This document shows, one piece after another, positions 9,132-19,856 of a DNA stretch of 64,000 bases; within the stretch, counting starts at the first letter, position 1, and every line of letters begins with the position of its first letter. Under the pieces are notes generated by a model. It ran no database searches. It was not told the origin of the DNA and was given only the letters and a program-made list of their open reading frames with translations. The position numbers and the translations under genes were made by a program. The stretch is taken from NCBI GenBank assembly GCA_018817585.1, contig JAHITE010000081.1, positions 68,549 to 132,548 on the forward strand, read 5' to 3'. This DNA is from Candidatus Omnitrophota bacterium (GTDB lineage: Bacteria > Omnitrophota > Gorgyraeia > B26-G9).

Positions 9132-10206
9132 GGCCAGAATTCTCCTTTAATTTTATCAGACGCCGCTTTAAGCCTTCGGGATCGCGCGCTTTGATAAAAG
9201 CGTCTTCTTCATTAACCAAACCTTTATGCACAACTTCCGCCAGCGCCATATCCACACTCTGCATACCGATTTTCAAACCAGTTTCTAAAGAAGAATAAAT
9301 CTGAAAAGTCTTAGCATCGCGAATAAGATTTCTGATTGCCGGAGTAACCACCATTGTTTCAATAATCGGAATCCGGCTTTGTTTATCTTTGCTGATAATC
9401 AACTGCTGACAGATAACTCCCTGCAAAGCCAGCGAAACCTGAATCCGCACCTGCTGCTGCTGAAACGGCGGAAAAACATCAATCAACCGGTCTACGGTCT
9501 GCACAGCATCGGTTGTATGCAAAGTCGCTAATACTAAATGACCTGTTTCCGCGGCGGTAATCGCGTGAGAAATTGTTTCCAGATCTCTAAGTTCGCCAAC
9601 CAGAATAACATTAGGATCCTGCCTTAATACATATTTTAAAGCGCTGCTGAATGACTTGGTATCAGACGATACTTCTCTTTGCTCAATAATGCTGGTTTTA
9701 TGTGAATAAAGATATTCAATCGGATCTTCGATGGTTATAATGTGCGCTTTTCTTTTGGTATTAATCAAATCAATCATTGCCGCGATTGTCGTTGATTTGC
9801 CGGAACCAGCAGCCCCGGTAACTAAAACCAGACCTTTTTCCAGCAGAGCCAATTCATTAACAATATTCGGTAAACCTAATTCCTCGGCATTCTTAATTTC
9901 CGAAGCCAGACGACGAAAAGCAATACCAATGCTGCCGCGCTGCATATGCAGATTAACCCGAAATCTTCCAATGCCGGCAATGCCGTAAGAAAAATCAAGA
10001 TCATTTTCTTTTTCAAATTCCTTGATCTGATCTTGATTAAGCATTTGATAAGCATAGTCCTTGGCAGTCTGGGGCATGATTTTACCAGCTTGTTCAAAAA
10101 TATTAAGTTCTCCGTTTATCCGAAATACCGGAGCAACACCGCAGACAATATGCAGATCAGAAGCATTGCGCTCAGTGGTTAATTGTAAAAGCTCTTTTAA
10201 TCCCAT
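9121..10206 (-). CDS. pilT: type IV pilus retraction ATPase PilT paralog
   Basis: ASDLHI, GAAGSGKSTT, TIEDPIE, AAETGHLV, AIRNLIRD. Confidence 0.92.
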   Translation of the reverse strand: MGLKELLQLTTERNASDLHIVCGVAPVFRINGELNIFEQAGKIMPQTAKDYAYQMLNQDQIKEFEKENDLDFSYGIAGIGRFRVNLHMQRGSIGIAFRRLASEIKNAEELGLPNIVNELALLEKGLVLVTGAAGSGKSTTIAAMIDLINTKRKAHIITIEDPIEYLYSHKTSIIEQREVSSDTKSFSSALKYVLRQDPNVILVGELRDLETISHAITAAETGHLVLATLHTTDAVQTVDRLIDVFPPFQQQQVRIQVSLALQGVICQQLIISKDKQSRIPIIETMVVTPAIRNLIRDAKTFQIYSSLETGLKIGMQSVDMALAEVVHKGLVNEEDAFIKARDPEGLKRRLIKLKENSGHGS

Positions 10207-10208
10207 AA

Positions 10209-11255
10209 TTATAACAGCATCCTTTTTAAAAGTTCCGGTTTATTAGAATAAGTAATCGCGTCTCCGATTCTGATTAATCTGGCTTTACACAAATCCGCCA
10301 AAGACTGATTCATGCTCAGCATTCCTTCTTTTGCTCCGGTTTCAATCATTGAATAAATCTGATGAGTTTTCTTCTCCCGGATAAGATTAGCTACGGCTGG
10401 AGTTACACTCATAGCTTCAATCGCCGCCACGCGTCCTTTGCCATCAGCAGTGGGAATCAACCGCTGAGAAATAACTCCCTGCAAAGCCAAAGAAGTCTGC
10501 AAGCGAATCTGCGACTGCTGGCCTTCGGGAAAAACATCAATAATTCGATCAATGGTCTGTACCGCATCATTTGTATGCAATGTAGCAAACACCAGATGCC
10601 CGGTTTCCGCGGCAGTTATCGCGGTAGATATTGTTTCCAAATCACGCATTTCACCAACCAAAATCACATCCGGATCTTCACGCAGAGCATCGCGCAAAGC
10701 CAGAGAACATGACGGAGTATCAGAATAAACTTCCCTTTGATTAACAATACTTTTTTTATGCGGATGCAAATACTCGATCGGATCTTCAATCGTAATAATA
10801 TGACAGGCTTGTTCAGAATTTACCAGATCAATCATTGCCGCGAGAGTTGTTGATTTTCCTGAACCAGTTGGCCCGGTAACTAAAATTAGACCCCTTTGTT
10901 TTCGGGCTAATTCACTGACAATAAACGGTACTCCCAGTTTTTCCAATGAAGGAATTTCAAAAGGAATAAAACGCAGGGCCGCGGCCAAATAACCCTTTTC
11001 ATAAAACACATTCACCCTGAACCGGGCAATATAGCTATAAGTAAAATCAATGCTTCTGGCTTGCTCGAGTTTTGCCCGATGCTCATCAGTAAGCATTTTA
11101 TTAATCAGATTCTCAACATCACTAGCAGTTAATCTCTCTGATTCTGTAGAGATTAAGCGGCCGTGGATCCGGAGCATCGGAGGCAGTCCAACCGTAAGAT
11201 GCAGATCTGACGCGTTTTTCTCAATTGCCATGCGAATGAGTTCAAGAATTTCCAT
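10209..11255 (-). CDS. pilT: type IV pilus retraction ATPase PilT paralog
   Basis: ASDLHL, GPTGSGKSTT, LREDPDVILVGEMRD, AAETGHLV, AVANLIRE. Confidence 0.92.
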   Translation of the reverse strand: MEILELIRMAIEKNASDLHLTVGLPPMLRIHGRLISTESERLTASDVENLINKMLTDEHRAKLEQARSIDFTYSYIARFRVNVFYEKGYLAAALRFIPFEIPSLEKLGVPFIVSELARKQRGLILVTGPTGSGKSTTLAAMIDLVNSEQACHIITIEDPIEYLHPHKKSIVNQREVYSDTPSCSLALRDALREDPDVILVGEMRDLETISTAITAAETGHLVFATLHTNDAVQTIDRIIDVFPEGQQSQIRLQTSLALQGVISQRLIPTADGKGRVAAIEAMSVTPAVANLIREKKTHQIYSMIETGAKEGMLSMNQSLADLCKARLIRIGDAITYSNKPELLKRMLL

Positions 11256-11259
11256 ACTC

Positions 11260-11862
11260 TTAACTCTTTTCTATCTTATACTGCATAATCAAAGTTTTTA
11301 GCTCGCCGACTAGATCATTTAATTTTCTGATCAAAACCAGCGCTTCTTCCTGACTGATCTTATTATCTTTAAGATTACTATATAATGTATCAGTTATTGC
11401 CGACAGATCAGTGATTAACTTCCGGTCCTTGGCAACCAATAAATGCATATTATCAACAACTGAATTAAACGCGGATGAAAGATTTTTCAGTTCATCATCT
11501 CTGCGCAAATGAACATTGCTGGTCAGATCACCGCGGACAACCTGCATTGCTGCCTGCTGCAGACGATAAACCGGGCCAGCGACTTTATGAGAAAAAATAA
11601 TCGCGGCAAAAATTGAAATGATCAGAACAAGGGGAATTTCAAACATAAACAGGACATTCATATTATGCAAAATCTGGTCAACAACCGCTTGAACTTGCGG
11701 GCTTACGCCTTTTTCCAACGCGGCCCAAATTGATAAATTCACCGTCAGTACAACCAGAATACTAATTGCCAGTATGGTCAGGATTAAAAACCCTACATAC
11801 TTTAATTGAAACTCTTTTTGAATTAAAAATTTTCTACGCACAAAAATTTCTTTGAGCGCCAT
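11260..11862 (-). CDS. 2TM-HAMP domain membrane protein, first gene of the pilus operon
   Basis: RRKFLIQKEFQLKY, two TM helices, SHKVAGPVYRL...GDLT...LRRDDEL HAMP, short coiled coil, no output domain. Confidence 0.8.
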   Translation of the reverse strand: MALKEIFVRRKFLIQKEFQLKYVGFLILTILAISILVVLTVNLSIWAALEKGVSPQVQAVVDQILHNMNVLFMFEIPLVLIISIFAAIIFSHKVAGPVYRLQQAAMQVVRGDLTSNVHLRRDDELKNLSSAFNSVVDNMHLLVAKDRKLITDLSAITDTLYSNLKDNKISQEEALVLIRKLNDLVGELKTLIMQYKIEKS

Positions 11863-11969
11863 TTGCCCCTCCTTTGGTCACATTAAGCTATTAGCTAAAT
11901 ATACTTATCCTTAAGTATTTATAAACCTTGACACTATTTACAGTTGAGACTTTTGTTTGACTTAGAAAC

Positions 11970-11998
11970 AGGTTAACATATCACAGTTAGCTTGTCAA
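11970..11998 (-). promoter_or_regulatory. sigma70-type promoter of the pilus operon
   Basis: Minus strand TTGACA-N17-TAACCT with extended -10 TG. Confidence 0.55.
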
Positions 11999-12034
11999 TA
12001 TAACTCTACATTAAAATAATTTAAAGCAATGCCG

Positions 12035-13915
12035 CTAAACATCAATAAATTCCCGGGCCCAAAGCTCAAACATCAACAGCGTCCATATTTTATACCCATT
12101 ATCCATCAATCCAGCAGCATGCTCCGCGAGAATTTGCTTAAGATAATCTGCTTGAAAATAGCCTCGATTAATCGAGGTTTTATCCATCAAAATATCCCGC
12201 GCATAATCTTTGAGCTCTTCACGAAACCATTGGCCCAGCGGAATAGCAAAACCCTGTTTTTTGCGTTTGATTATTTTTTCAGGCAATGAATCAGCCAGAG
12301 CTTTTTTCAGAATAAATTTATTTTGAAGATTATGCAGCCTTAAATCAGAGGGAATCTGAGCGGCATATTCCATAAATTTATGATCTAAAAAAGGCGCGCG
12401 AGTTTCTAAGGAATTAGCCATGGAAGCAATATCCATTTTTACCAGTAAATCATTGGGCAAATAGGTATCAATATCTACCTGCCGGGTAATATCGCTAAAA
12501 TCAGCGGATTTTTTGCCGGCATACAGCTTTTCCAAATACTCGAGATCATTGTTTAAATTTAATTTTTCTAAAATATTTTTATTCAGCAGCTGCTTTTTCT
12601 GCTCAGGATTAAAACAGGATATCCAGTTTAGATTACGCTGCACCGCCGGATATTCAAGACCTTGGAAAAACCGTTTTATCTGCCAGGCATTGCTCCGAAT
12701 ATCCTTACCCTGCGGCAGCAGATTGAGCACTGCCTGCGATAAAAGTCCGCGAATAACCCGCGGCATTAAATCAAACCACTGCCCGGCTTTAGCCGCTGTA
12801 TAACGATAATAACCGCTAAATGATTCATCGCCTCCATCACCGCAAAGGGCAACTTTTACATGCCGCGCGGCAAACTGGGAAATATAATATGTGGGAATGC
12901 AGGAATAATCAGCATAGGGCTCTCCATAATGTTTGATTAATTTGGGCATAATTTCAATGGCTTTGGGCTGAACAATCAGCTGATGATGTTCTGTGGAAAA
13001 TTTATCGGCAATTATTTTGGCATATTCCAGCTCATTATAATCTTTATTTTCAAAGCCAACAGAAAATGTTTTTATATCAGCTGTATGCTTACGCATCTGG
13101 CTGACAATCGCGCTAGAATCTATCCCGCCGCTTAAAAACACACCCACAGGCACATCACTGGCCAAATGCAGTTTAACTGATTGATCCAGCTGTTCGCGAA
13201 CTCCCTGCGCATACTGTTTTAGAGTTTTCCGCGGGCTAATACAAGGATTTAAACTCCAGTATTTTTTAATTTCCAGTTTATTGTCCTGAACAATCAGATA
13301 ATGCGCCGGCAATAATTTTTTAATATTTTTAAACATTGTCCTCGGCGCCGGAACGTAAAAAAAACTCAAATATAAATTCAGGGAATCCGGATCAACTTGC
13401 CGGTTTATAAACGGCGCGGCTAAAAGCGCCTGCAATTCTGAAGCAAAAACAAACCGCTGATCATCCTGCCAGTAAACTAATGGCTTTTGACCGGTATGAT
13501 CGCGGGCGATAAATAATTTATTGTTCGGCTTATCCCAAAGCGCGAAAGCAAACATCCCTCTTAAATAATCCAAAGCAGCTTCCTGGTATTCTTCATAAAG
13601 ATGAACAATAACTTCTGAATCTGTATTTGACAGAAAAACATGCCCTTTTTTTTCCAGCAAATCGCGGAGTTCTAAATAATTGTATATTTCTCCATTTACA
13701 ATCAGCCAGATTGTTTTAGTTTCATTACTGATCGGCTGCTGGCCGCTTTTCAAATCAATAATCGAAAGCCGTCTGTGGCCCAATCCGATTTTTTGATCAA
13801 TATATTTACCAAATGAATCAGGACCGCGATGCGCCAGTTTATCAGACATTGCCTTGATTAAACTCTCATCAGTTTTTTGGCCTTTATAATTAAGAACTCC
13901 GCATATCCCGCACAC
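12035..13915 (-). CDS. asnB: asparagine synthase-family glutamine amidotransferase (glycan-locus type)
   Basis: Likely GTG start at 13915 (GGAG upstream) giving N-terminal nucleophile MCGICG; HRGPD, NGEIYN, LSGGIDSS, GDGGDE, RAPFLD. Confidence 0.92.
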   Translation of the reverse strand: MCGICGVLNYKGQKTDESLIKAMSDKLAHRGPDSFGKYIDQKIGLGHRRLSIIDLKSGQQPISNETKTIWLIVNGEIYNYLELRDLLEKKGHVFLSNTDSEVIVHLYEEYQEAALDYLRGMFAFALWDKPNNKLFIARDHTGQKPLVYWQDDQRFVFASELQALLAAPFINRQVDPDSLNLYLSFFYVPAPRTMFKNIKKLLPAHYLIVQDNKLEIKKYWSLNPCISPRKTLKQYAQGVREQLDQSVKLHLASDVPVGVFLSGGIDSSAIVSQMRKHTADIKTFSVGFENKDYNELEYAKIIADKFSTEHHQLIVQPKAIEIMPKLIKHYGEPYADYSCIPTYYISQFAARHVKVALCGDGGDESFSGYYRYTAAKAGQWFDLMPRVIRGLLSQAVLNLLPQGKDIRSNAWQIKRFFQGLEYPAVQRNLNWISCFNPEQKKQLLNKNILEKLNLNNDLEYLEKLYAGKKSADFSDITRQVDIDTYLPNDLLVKMDIASMANSLETRAPFLDHKFMEYAAQIPSDLRLHNLQNKFILKKALADSLPEKIIKRKKQGFAIPLGQWFREELKDYARDILMDKTSINRGYFQADYLKQILAEHAAGLMDNGYKIWTLLMFELWAREFIDV

Positions 13916-14089
13916 AATCAGATCTCCAGACACTCTGGTCTTTGATAATTATAAGATTAATTAACTTTCTATATTAATAATCCCTACTATTTTAAAACAA
14001 ATTAAACATTTTGAAGATTATTTTTATAATCAAGTCCTACTAACAACTTCTTTTTTTACTTACAATTCTACTTCCTATATTAGCTCCTA

Positions 14090-15211
14090 CTAACTCTTAA
14101 GATGCAAATTCTTATATATTGATTCTATTTTTTTAGTCATAACTTTAATATCAAATCTTTCTTTTACTGAATTTTGTCCATTAACACTTAATCTATTCCT
14201 TAAGTTCTTATCAGACAATACCTGAATAATTCTATCTGCTAAAACCTCTGAATTAGCCGGCGGCACTAATATGCCTGTTTCCCCATCCTCTATAACTTCT
14301 TTTATCCCATCTATGTCACTGGCTATGACTGCAACTTCCGCTGCCTGCGCCTCCAATAAAACCAAGCCAAATCCTTCCCATACGGACGGCAAGACAAATA
14401 GGTCTAATGAATGCAGAACATCAGAAACATTATCTATTGCATTAAAAAATTTTACATTATTTTCAATATTAAGCATCTTTACTCTATTTTCTATTTGTTG
14501 CCGCAACACGCCCTCTCCAACAAAAAGGAAATAAACATTATTTATTTTATCTAATATTCTGGGGATAGCCTCGACTAAATAAATATGCCCCTTTTGCTCA
14601 TCAAATCGAGCAACTGTGCCTACAATAAAAGCCTGCGAATTTAAATTTAATTTTTCTCTTATTTTTGATTTATCATTTCCAGATAAGAATTTTTTAAAAT
14701 CTATACCGTTACGAACAACTGTTATTTTACTGGGACTTATTTTTTGATACTTAACCATAAAATCCCGAACGGAATTAGAAACGGCAATAATTCTATTGGA
14801 TAAATTCGCAATCAGAGAATCAAGAAAAACTGCTAGTGATTTAGTCTTTCTAAAATTATCAGTATTATGCTTTGTAGACAATACTACAGGCACTCCAGCC
14901 AATCTTGCTGCGAAAAAACCAAAAATATCTGCATCGATTAAATGTGTGTGAATAATGTCAAACCGGTTTTTCTTAATAAATTTAGTTATTTTCATTAAAA
15001 CTAATAAATCGTATCTTGAACGCATTCCAAAACAATATGCTTTAATCCCCTTTGCCTCAATTACCCGGGCAAGAGTTCCCTTCCCGCGTAAATAGCCTAC
15101 ACTTACTTCAAATTTATCTTTTGAAAGAAGAGGTAAAAACTCTGTTAATAGAATTTCCGCACCTCCGCGTTCAAGTCCTGTGATCAGATGGAATATTTTA
15201 ATTTTAGACAT
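14090..15211 (-). CDS. glycosyltransferase family 4
   Basis: GGAEI, NGID, FVLPSVWEGFGLVLLEA (EX7E) motif. Confidence 0.93.
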   Translation of the reverse strand: MSKIKIFHLITGLERGGAEILLTEFLPLLSKDKFEVSVGYLRGKGTLARVIEAKGIKAYCFGMRSRYDLLVLMKITKFIKKNRFDIIHTHLIDADIFGFFAARLAGVPVVLSTKHNTDNFRKTKSLAVFLDSLIANLSNRIIAVSNSVRDFMVKYQKISPSKITVVRNGIDFKKFLSGNDKSKIREKLNLNSQAFIVGTVARFDEQKGHIYLVEAIPRILDKINNVYFLFVGEGVLRQQIENRVKMLNIENNVKFFNAIDNVSDVLHSLDLFVLPSVWEGFGLVLLEAQAAEVAVIASDIDGIKEVIEDGETGILVPPANSEVLADRIIQVLSDKNLRNRLSVNGQNSVKERFDIKVMTKKIESIYKNLHLKS

Positions 15212-15224
15212 AACAGTAAATTTT

Positions 15225-16637
15225 TCACCCTTGCCAATTTATAATTTTAGTGAGAAAAATAAAAAAAATACAGTCGAATTTTACATATAATTTTAGAATT
15301 TTTTTAGGCAATCGTCTTCTAAGTGCCGAAGAAAAACGCATATACTTTCTCAGAAAATCATACTGTTTAATCAAATTATCCCGGGGCTGTTCCGTATACA
15401 AAGGCACAGTTGGTAAGCCTGGCATCCCCTGATCATAGAACTCATACCAAGAAAATTTCTCGGATAAAATTTTCTTCTGCCTAGCTATACGTTCTAGTTC
15501 TGTCCCGGGATAGATTCTTAATACCTGAATAGCCAGCAATGTCGCTTGCGTTGACAATAAATCTACAACTGTCTTCTTAAGACCTTGAGGATCATCTCCG
15601 GGCAAACCAATCAATATGTATAATTGTACATTTTCTATGCCAGCATCAATAGAGTCTTTTACTGCTTCTTTGACCTCATTAAGCAAAGCTTTTCTTCCTA
15701 TATATTTACATACATTGTTATTCAGTGTTTCCACGCCATAGTTTATTTGCACACATCCAGCATCGCTCATTAAGACTAATAAATCCTTATTTATCGCGTC
15801 AATACGCGTACTTGTCCCCCATTTAATATTAAGTTTTTTTTCTATAAAAAGATTACAGATTTTTTCAGCTCTTTTTTTATTAGCAGTAAACATATCATCA
15901 TAGAAATAAAATAAATTTATACCATAATCAGATAATAGCATCTCAACTTCTTCAACTACTTTTTTTGCAGAGATACTTCGTGAATTCATACCCCATAATT
16001 TTGAAGCCGAACAATAAATACAACCAAAAGGACAACCACGATTTGTATTAATATGAGTATTCTTTTGTTTTCGAACTGAAAATCCAGGGTATTTATCAAG
16101 ATCAATTAAATGACGCGCAGGAAAAGGTAATTTACCTAAATCATCAATCCTTTTTCTCAGAGGATTTGTTTTAATATTTTCTTCATCGCGATATACAATG
16201 CCTTCAATATCAGCAAAAGGCTTGCCGCTTATAAGTTCAGCTATCGTGTTATCACCTTCACCTAGAACAACAAGATCAGCTTTGGTAGATAATAATGTTT
16301 CCTCAGGACAAAAAGTTACATGTGCGCCACCTACAACAATAAATAAATCCGGTATTTTTTTACGAATAAGTTCGGTAAGTTCCTTCATCTCAAAACGCGT
16401 TTCAGTAGTACACGTAATCCCAATAAGATCAGGCTTTTCCTCTTGTATATTTTTAACGATCTCAGCATAACTCATTTTTTTTATAGCTGCATCTAAAACA
16501 TTGACTTTACAACCATTATTTTCTAATGAAGCCGCTATATACAGGATACCTAAGGGAGGAAAATAACTAAAGAAAGTAGGATTATAAATATTTGGCGCAA
16601 CAATTAACAAAACTGAACGAATACTTTTTAACTGCAA
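15225..16637 (-). CDS. cobalamin-binding radical SAM protein (class B methyltransferase-like)
   Basis: PPLGILYIAA, VGGAHVT, GEGD, RGCPFGCIYC, GVET. Confidence 0.9.
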   Translation of the reverse strand: MQLKSIRSVLLIVAPNIYNPTFFSYFPPLGILYIAASLENNGCKVNVLDAAIKKMSYAEIVKNIQEEKPDLIGITCTTETRFEMKELTELIRKKIPDLFIVVGGAHVTFCPEETLLSTKADLVVLGEGDNTIAELISGKPFADIEGIVYRDEENIKTNPLRKRIDDLGKLPFPARHLIDLDKYPGFSVRKQKNTHINTNRGCPFGCIYCSASKLWGMNSRSISAKKVVEEVEMLLSDYGINLFYFYDDMFTANKKRAEKICNLFIEKKLNIKWGTSTRIDAINKDLLVLMSDAGCVQINYGVETLNNNVCKYIGRKALLNEVKEAVKDSIDAGIENVQLYILIGLPGDDPQGLKKTVVDLLSTQATLLAIQVLRIYPGTELERIARQKKILSEKFSWYEFYDQGMPGLPTVPLYTEQPRDNLIKQYDFLRKYMRFSSALRRRLPKKILKLYVKFDCIFFIFLTKIINWQG

Positions 16638-18781
16638 CTGTTTATCTCCTTTTTCAACCGACTACGGAGTAAATTTCCAGTTAGTAAATCCAAATATACA
16701 TCCTCTGTTCTTTTAGCCATACCTTCTAAACAAAAACGTGCTTTGACAACTTCTTTTGCTGCCATACCCATTTTTAAAGCTTTTTCTTTATTTTCAAGCA
16801 ATTTAACAACTGCTTTAGCAATCTCAGAAGAATCCTCAGGCTTAATCAATAATCCACTATAATTATGATTAAGAGCTTCAGCAGTCCCATCCACATTTGT
16901 AGCAACAATCGGTTTACCGATTGCCATTGCTTCTAATAAAGCATTAGAGAGCGGTTCCCAAATAGAAGGCAGCACAAAAATATCCATGATTTCAAGTAGG
17001 TTTGCGATGTCATTACGAAAGCCAGTGAAAATCACATTATTATCAATCCCTGCTTTTTTTACAAAAGATTTCAAGTCTTTTTCAAGCGGCCCATTACCGA
17101 CAATTAAAAATTTAGCTTTTGGAAATTTTTCTAAAATTGATACTGCTGCTTCAATAAAATATTTATGTCCTTTTTGTTTAACTAAACGACCTATCACCCC
17201 GATTACAATATCATCATCAGAAAGAGAAAGTTCTCTCTTTGTTTTAATTATTTCAGAAGGTTCGGTTAACTCATTCCAGTCTATTCCATTGTAAATCGTT
17301 AAAAGTTTTCTTTTCGATATTTTTCGTTTGATCATATCTCGTTTTAAAGCCTCAGAAACAATGATAAATCTATCGACAAAACAGCTCATCAACCGATCAA
17401 TAAAAACAAATTTACTAAAAGACCAAATATATTTATGACGGGTCATATTAATACGCTCAACTACAGGAATCCTTAATAATTTTGCAATAATCGCATGCAC
17501 TCTAGTACTATGAAGATGCACTAAATCAATATTCTCTCTTTTTAATATTTGGACCAAATTATATAGAGTCGACAATCCGAATCTACTTTTTTGAATATTA
17601 ACCAAAACCCTGACATTCTCTTTTCTTAATCTTTTAATCAATGGCCCCTGTGCAGGACACATAACAATGGGATTGAATTTCTTTCTATTTAATCGCCTTA
17701 GCAATAATATTAATGCTTTTTCTGAGCCAGCGATCTCAGCTGAATTCATTGTATATAAGATATTATAGCAACACCCAAAAGAGAAATTATTTTTTTTTCT
17801 TAGCTTATTTTTATTTTGTAATAAAAATAAATTCAGAAACCACCTATTCATATATCTGCCTGACACACAACGGGCTTGTTGAATCATCTTTCTTTTTAAA
17901 AAAAATCTGGGACATAACTTGATCACATTCTTACCTGCTTTTATCCAAGCAAATATTGAGAAATTTTCCTTAAAAAAAACACAATAGAATTCAGCAATAA
18001 AAATCATTAAGGAATTTTTTATAACTCTAAGAGGCAAATCATTCTTTAGAGCCATAAGATATCGATTTTTCAGATAATGAACTTGTATTGCCGGATTCTT
18101 CTTAGCATTGGTCATACCTCTTGCATGATATGCAACTGCATTTGGGACATACACACACTTCCAACCGCATAACTGAAGCCGCCAATCCAGATCAGCATCT
18201 TCAAAATATGAGAAAAAATCCTCATCAAAATATTCATTTTGAAATTTTACTGCATCTAATGCTTCCTTCTTATATATTGCTGCTGCTGCACAAGCTCCAA
18301 AAACCGCCTCCAAGACATTAAACTGTCCATTATCAATTTCTTCTGCACCTCGATTATGAACATACCAATTAGAAGTAAGAAAATGGCCTGTAGAATCAAT
18401 TATTTTTGTTTGCTTACCATTCAACATTCTCAGAAGCTTACCTGTAGCCCATCCTAATGTTTGATCATCTTCCAGAACGTTTACTATTTCTTTGATATAA
18501 TCTTGATCTAATACAGCATCACTATTGAGCGATAGAATATAATCGCCGCTTGAATTATCTATCCCAATATTTTGTCCACAGGCAAATCCGACATTTTTAT
18601 CGTTTTTAATGAGTTTACACTTTTTTTTAAAAGTACTCTCAATTAAGGGCCATGATCCGTCTCGTGAATTATTATCTATTATGATTATTTCAATATTTTT
18701 ATAGGTCTGATCTATAACCGACTGTATACAGTCAATTATAGTTTCTTTACTATTCCAATTTAATATAATTACAGAAACCAT
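16628..18781 (-). CDS. bifunctional glycosyltransferase, GT2 plus GT4 fusion
   Basis: N half VSVIILNWN, IIIIDNNS, LNSDA, FFSYFEDADL; C half GSEKAL, NGID, LPSIWEPLSNALLEAMA. Confidence 0.88.
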   Translation of the reverse strand: MVSVIILNWNSKETIIDCIQSVIDQTYKNIEIIIIDNNSRDGSWPLIESTFKKKCKLIKNDKNVGFACGQNIGIDNSSGDYILSLNSDAVLDQDYIKEIVNVLEDDQTLGWATGKLLRMLNGKQTKIIDSTGHFLTSNWYVHNRGAEEIDNGQFNVLEAVFGACAAAAIYKKEALDAVKFQNEYFDEDFFSYFEDADLDWRLQLCGWKCVYVPNAVAYHARGMTNAKKNPAIQVHYLKNRYLMALKNDLPLRVIKNSLMIFIAEFYCVFFKENFSIFAWIKAGKNVIKLCPRFFLKRKMIQQARCVSGRYMNRWFLNLFLLQNKNKLRKKNNFSFGCCYNILYTMNSAEIAGSEKALILLLRRLNRKKFNPIVMCPAQGPLIKRLRKENVRVLVNIQKSRFGLSTLYNLVQILKRENIDLVHLHSTRVHAIIAKLLRIPVVERINMTRHKYIWSFSKFVFIDRLMSCFVDRFIIVSEALKRDMIKRKISKRKLLTIYNGIDWNELTEPSEIIKTKRELSLSDDDIVIGVIGRLVKQKGHKYFIEAAVSILEKFPKAKFLIVGNGPLEKDLKSFVKKAGIDNNVIFTGFRNDIANLLEIMDIFVLPSIWEPLSNALLEAMAIGKPIVATNVDGTAEALNHNYSGLLIKPEDSSEIAKAVVKLLENKEKALKMGMAAKEVVKARFCLEGMAKRTEDVYLDLLTGNLLRSRLKKEINSCS

Positions 18782-18787
18782 GACCTT

Positions 18788-19723
18788 TTACCCATTTTCC
18801 ATATTAAACTTCAAAGTTATTATTTTTTTAAGCTCGTAAAAAAATTTAAACCCAAAGGGTGCAAATCTAGACATTAAAAAAGCAAGTAAAAATTTAATAC
18901 GAAACGGACATACTAAAAACGCTTGAGAAATATACTGTTTCCCTCTATCCCTATCTTTCCTCTTATGAAACTCACTGCCGAGTATATATGCGTGATATGC
19001 CAATAGCTTTTTATCTTCTTTTATCTCTAAAAAATGCTTTTTAAAAATCAACTCCCGAGCATCGACTAAGGCATCTTTTGATGAAGAAATGCTCCCTTTT
19101 GTAAAATGCACTAAAGTAAGTGCTTCACTTATATATTTAAAGTCATAGTGCTTTGATATTCTTATCCATAATTCCCAATCCACAAGGTGAAATAATCTTT
19201 CATCAAAAAACCCAACTTTTTCAAAACATTCTTTCTTTATTACTGTTGTAGGAGTTCCTATAAAATTTACTTTTAAAAGCTCATTATGAACATGTCCTTC
19301 TTTTTTTTTGATTCCTCCCGAAGGAATATAATTTTTTTTATCACCTTTTATTTTCCATAAACCACTATAAACTACCCCCAGATTTGACGGGGAGTTTTCA
19401 AAAACCTTCATTTGCTTTTCTAATTTTTCCCGAACCCATTCATCATCACTATCTTGTGAAGCAATATACTTTCCCTCAGCAAGTTTAATCCCGGTATTTC
19501 TTGAAGCAGCTTCACCTCTATTATTTTTATGACGAATGTATCTTATTCTTTTATCGTCAAATGATCGCACCACATTCATTGTATCATCGACAGAACAATC
19601 ATCGACAACAATTAATTCAAGATTTCTATAGGTCTGTTCTAAAACACTGGCTATTGATCTCTTTAATAGTCTAGCACGATTATATGTGGGCAAAACGACA
19701 CTTACTTTGAGATTATTTCCCAA
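18788..19723 (-). CDS. glycosyltransferase family 2
   Basis: VSVVLPTYNR, VVDDCS, QDSDD, DWELWIR. Confidence 0.92.
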   Translation of the reverse strand: MGNNLKVSVVLPTYNRARLLKRSIASVLEQTYRNLELIVVDDCSVDDTMNVVRSFDDKRIRYIRHKNNRGEAASRNTGIKLAEGKYIASQDSDDEWVREKLEKQMKVFENSPSNLGVVYSGLWKIKGDKKNYIPSGGIKKKEGHVHNELLKVNFIGTPTTVIKKECFEKVGFFDERLFHLVDWELWIRISKHYDFKYISEALTLVHFTKGSISSSKDALVDARELIFKKHFLEIKEDKKLLAYHAYILGSEFHKRKDRDRGKQYISQAFLVCPFRIKFLLAFLMSRFAPFGFKFFYELKKIITLKFNMENG

Positions 19724-19856
19724 ATTAAACTCCTATTTTTTACAGTATTTTATTTTAAAAAGAAGTGCTTTCATAATTGCTTTTCCAAAAAGTTGATTTA
19801 CCGTATTTACGACATTGATCAGTAAGAAAAAACTGTATTCTTAATGCATCACTTTG

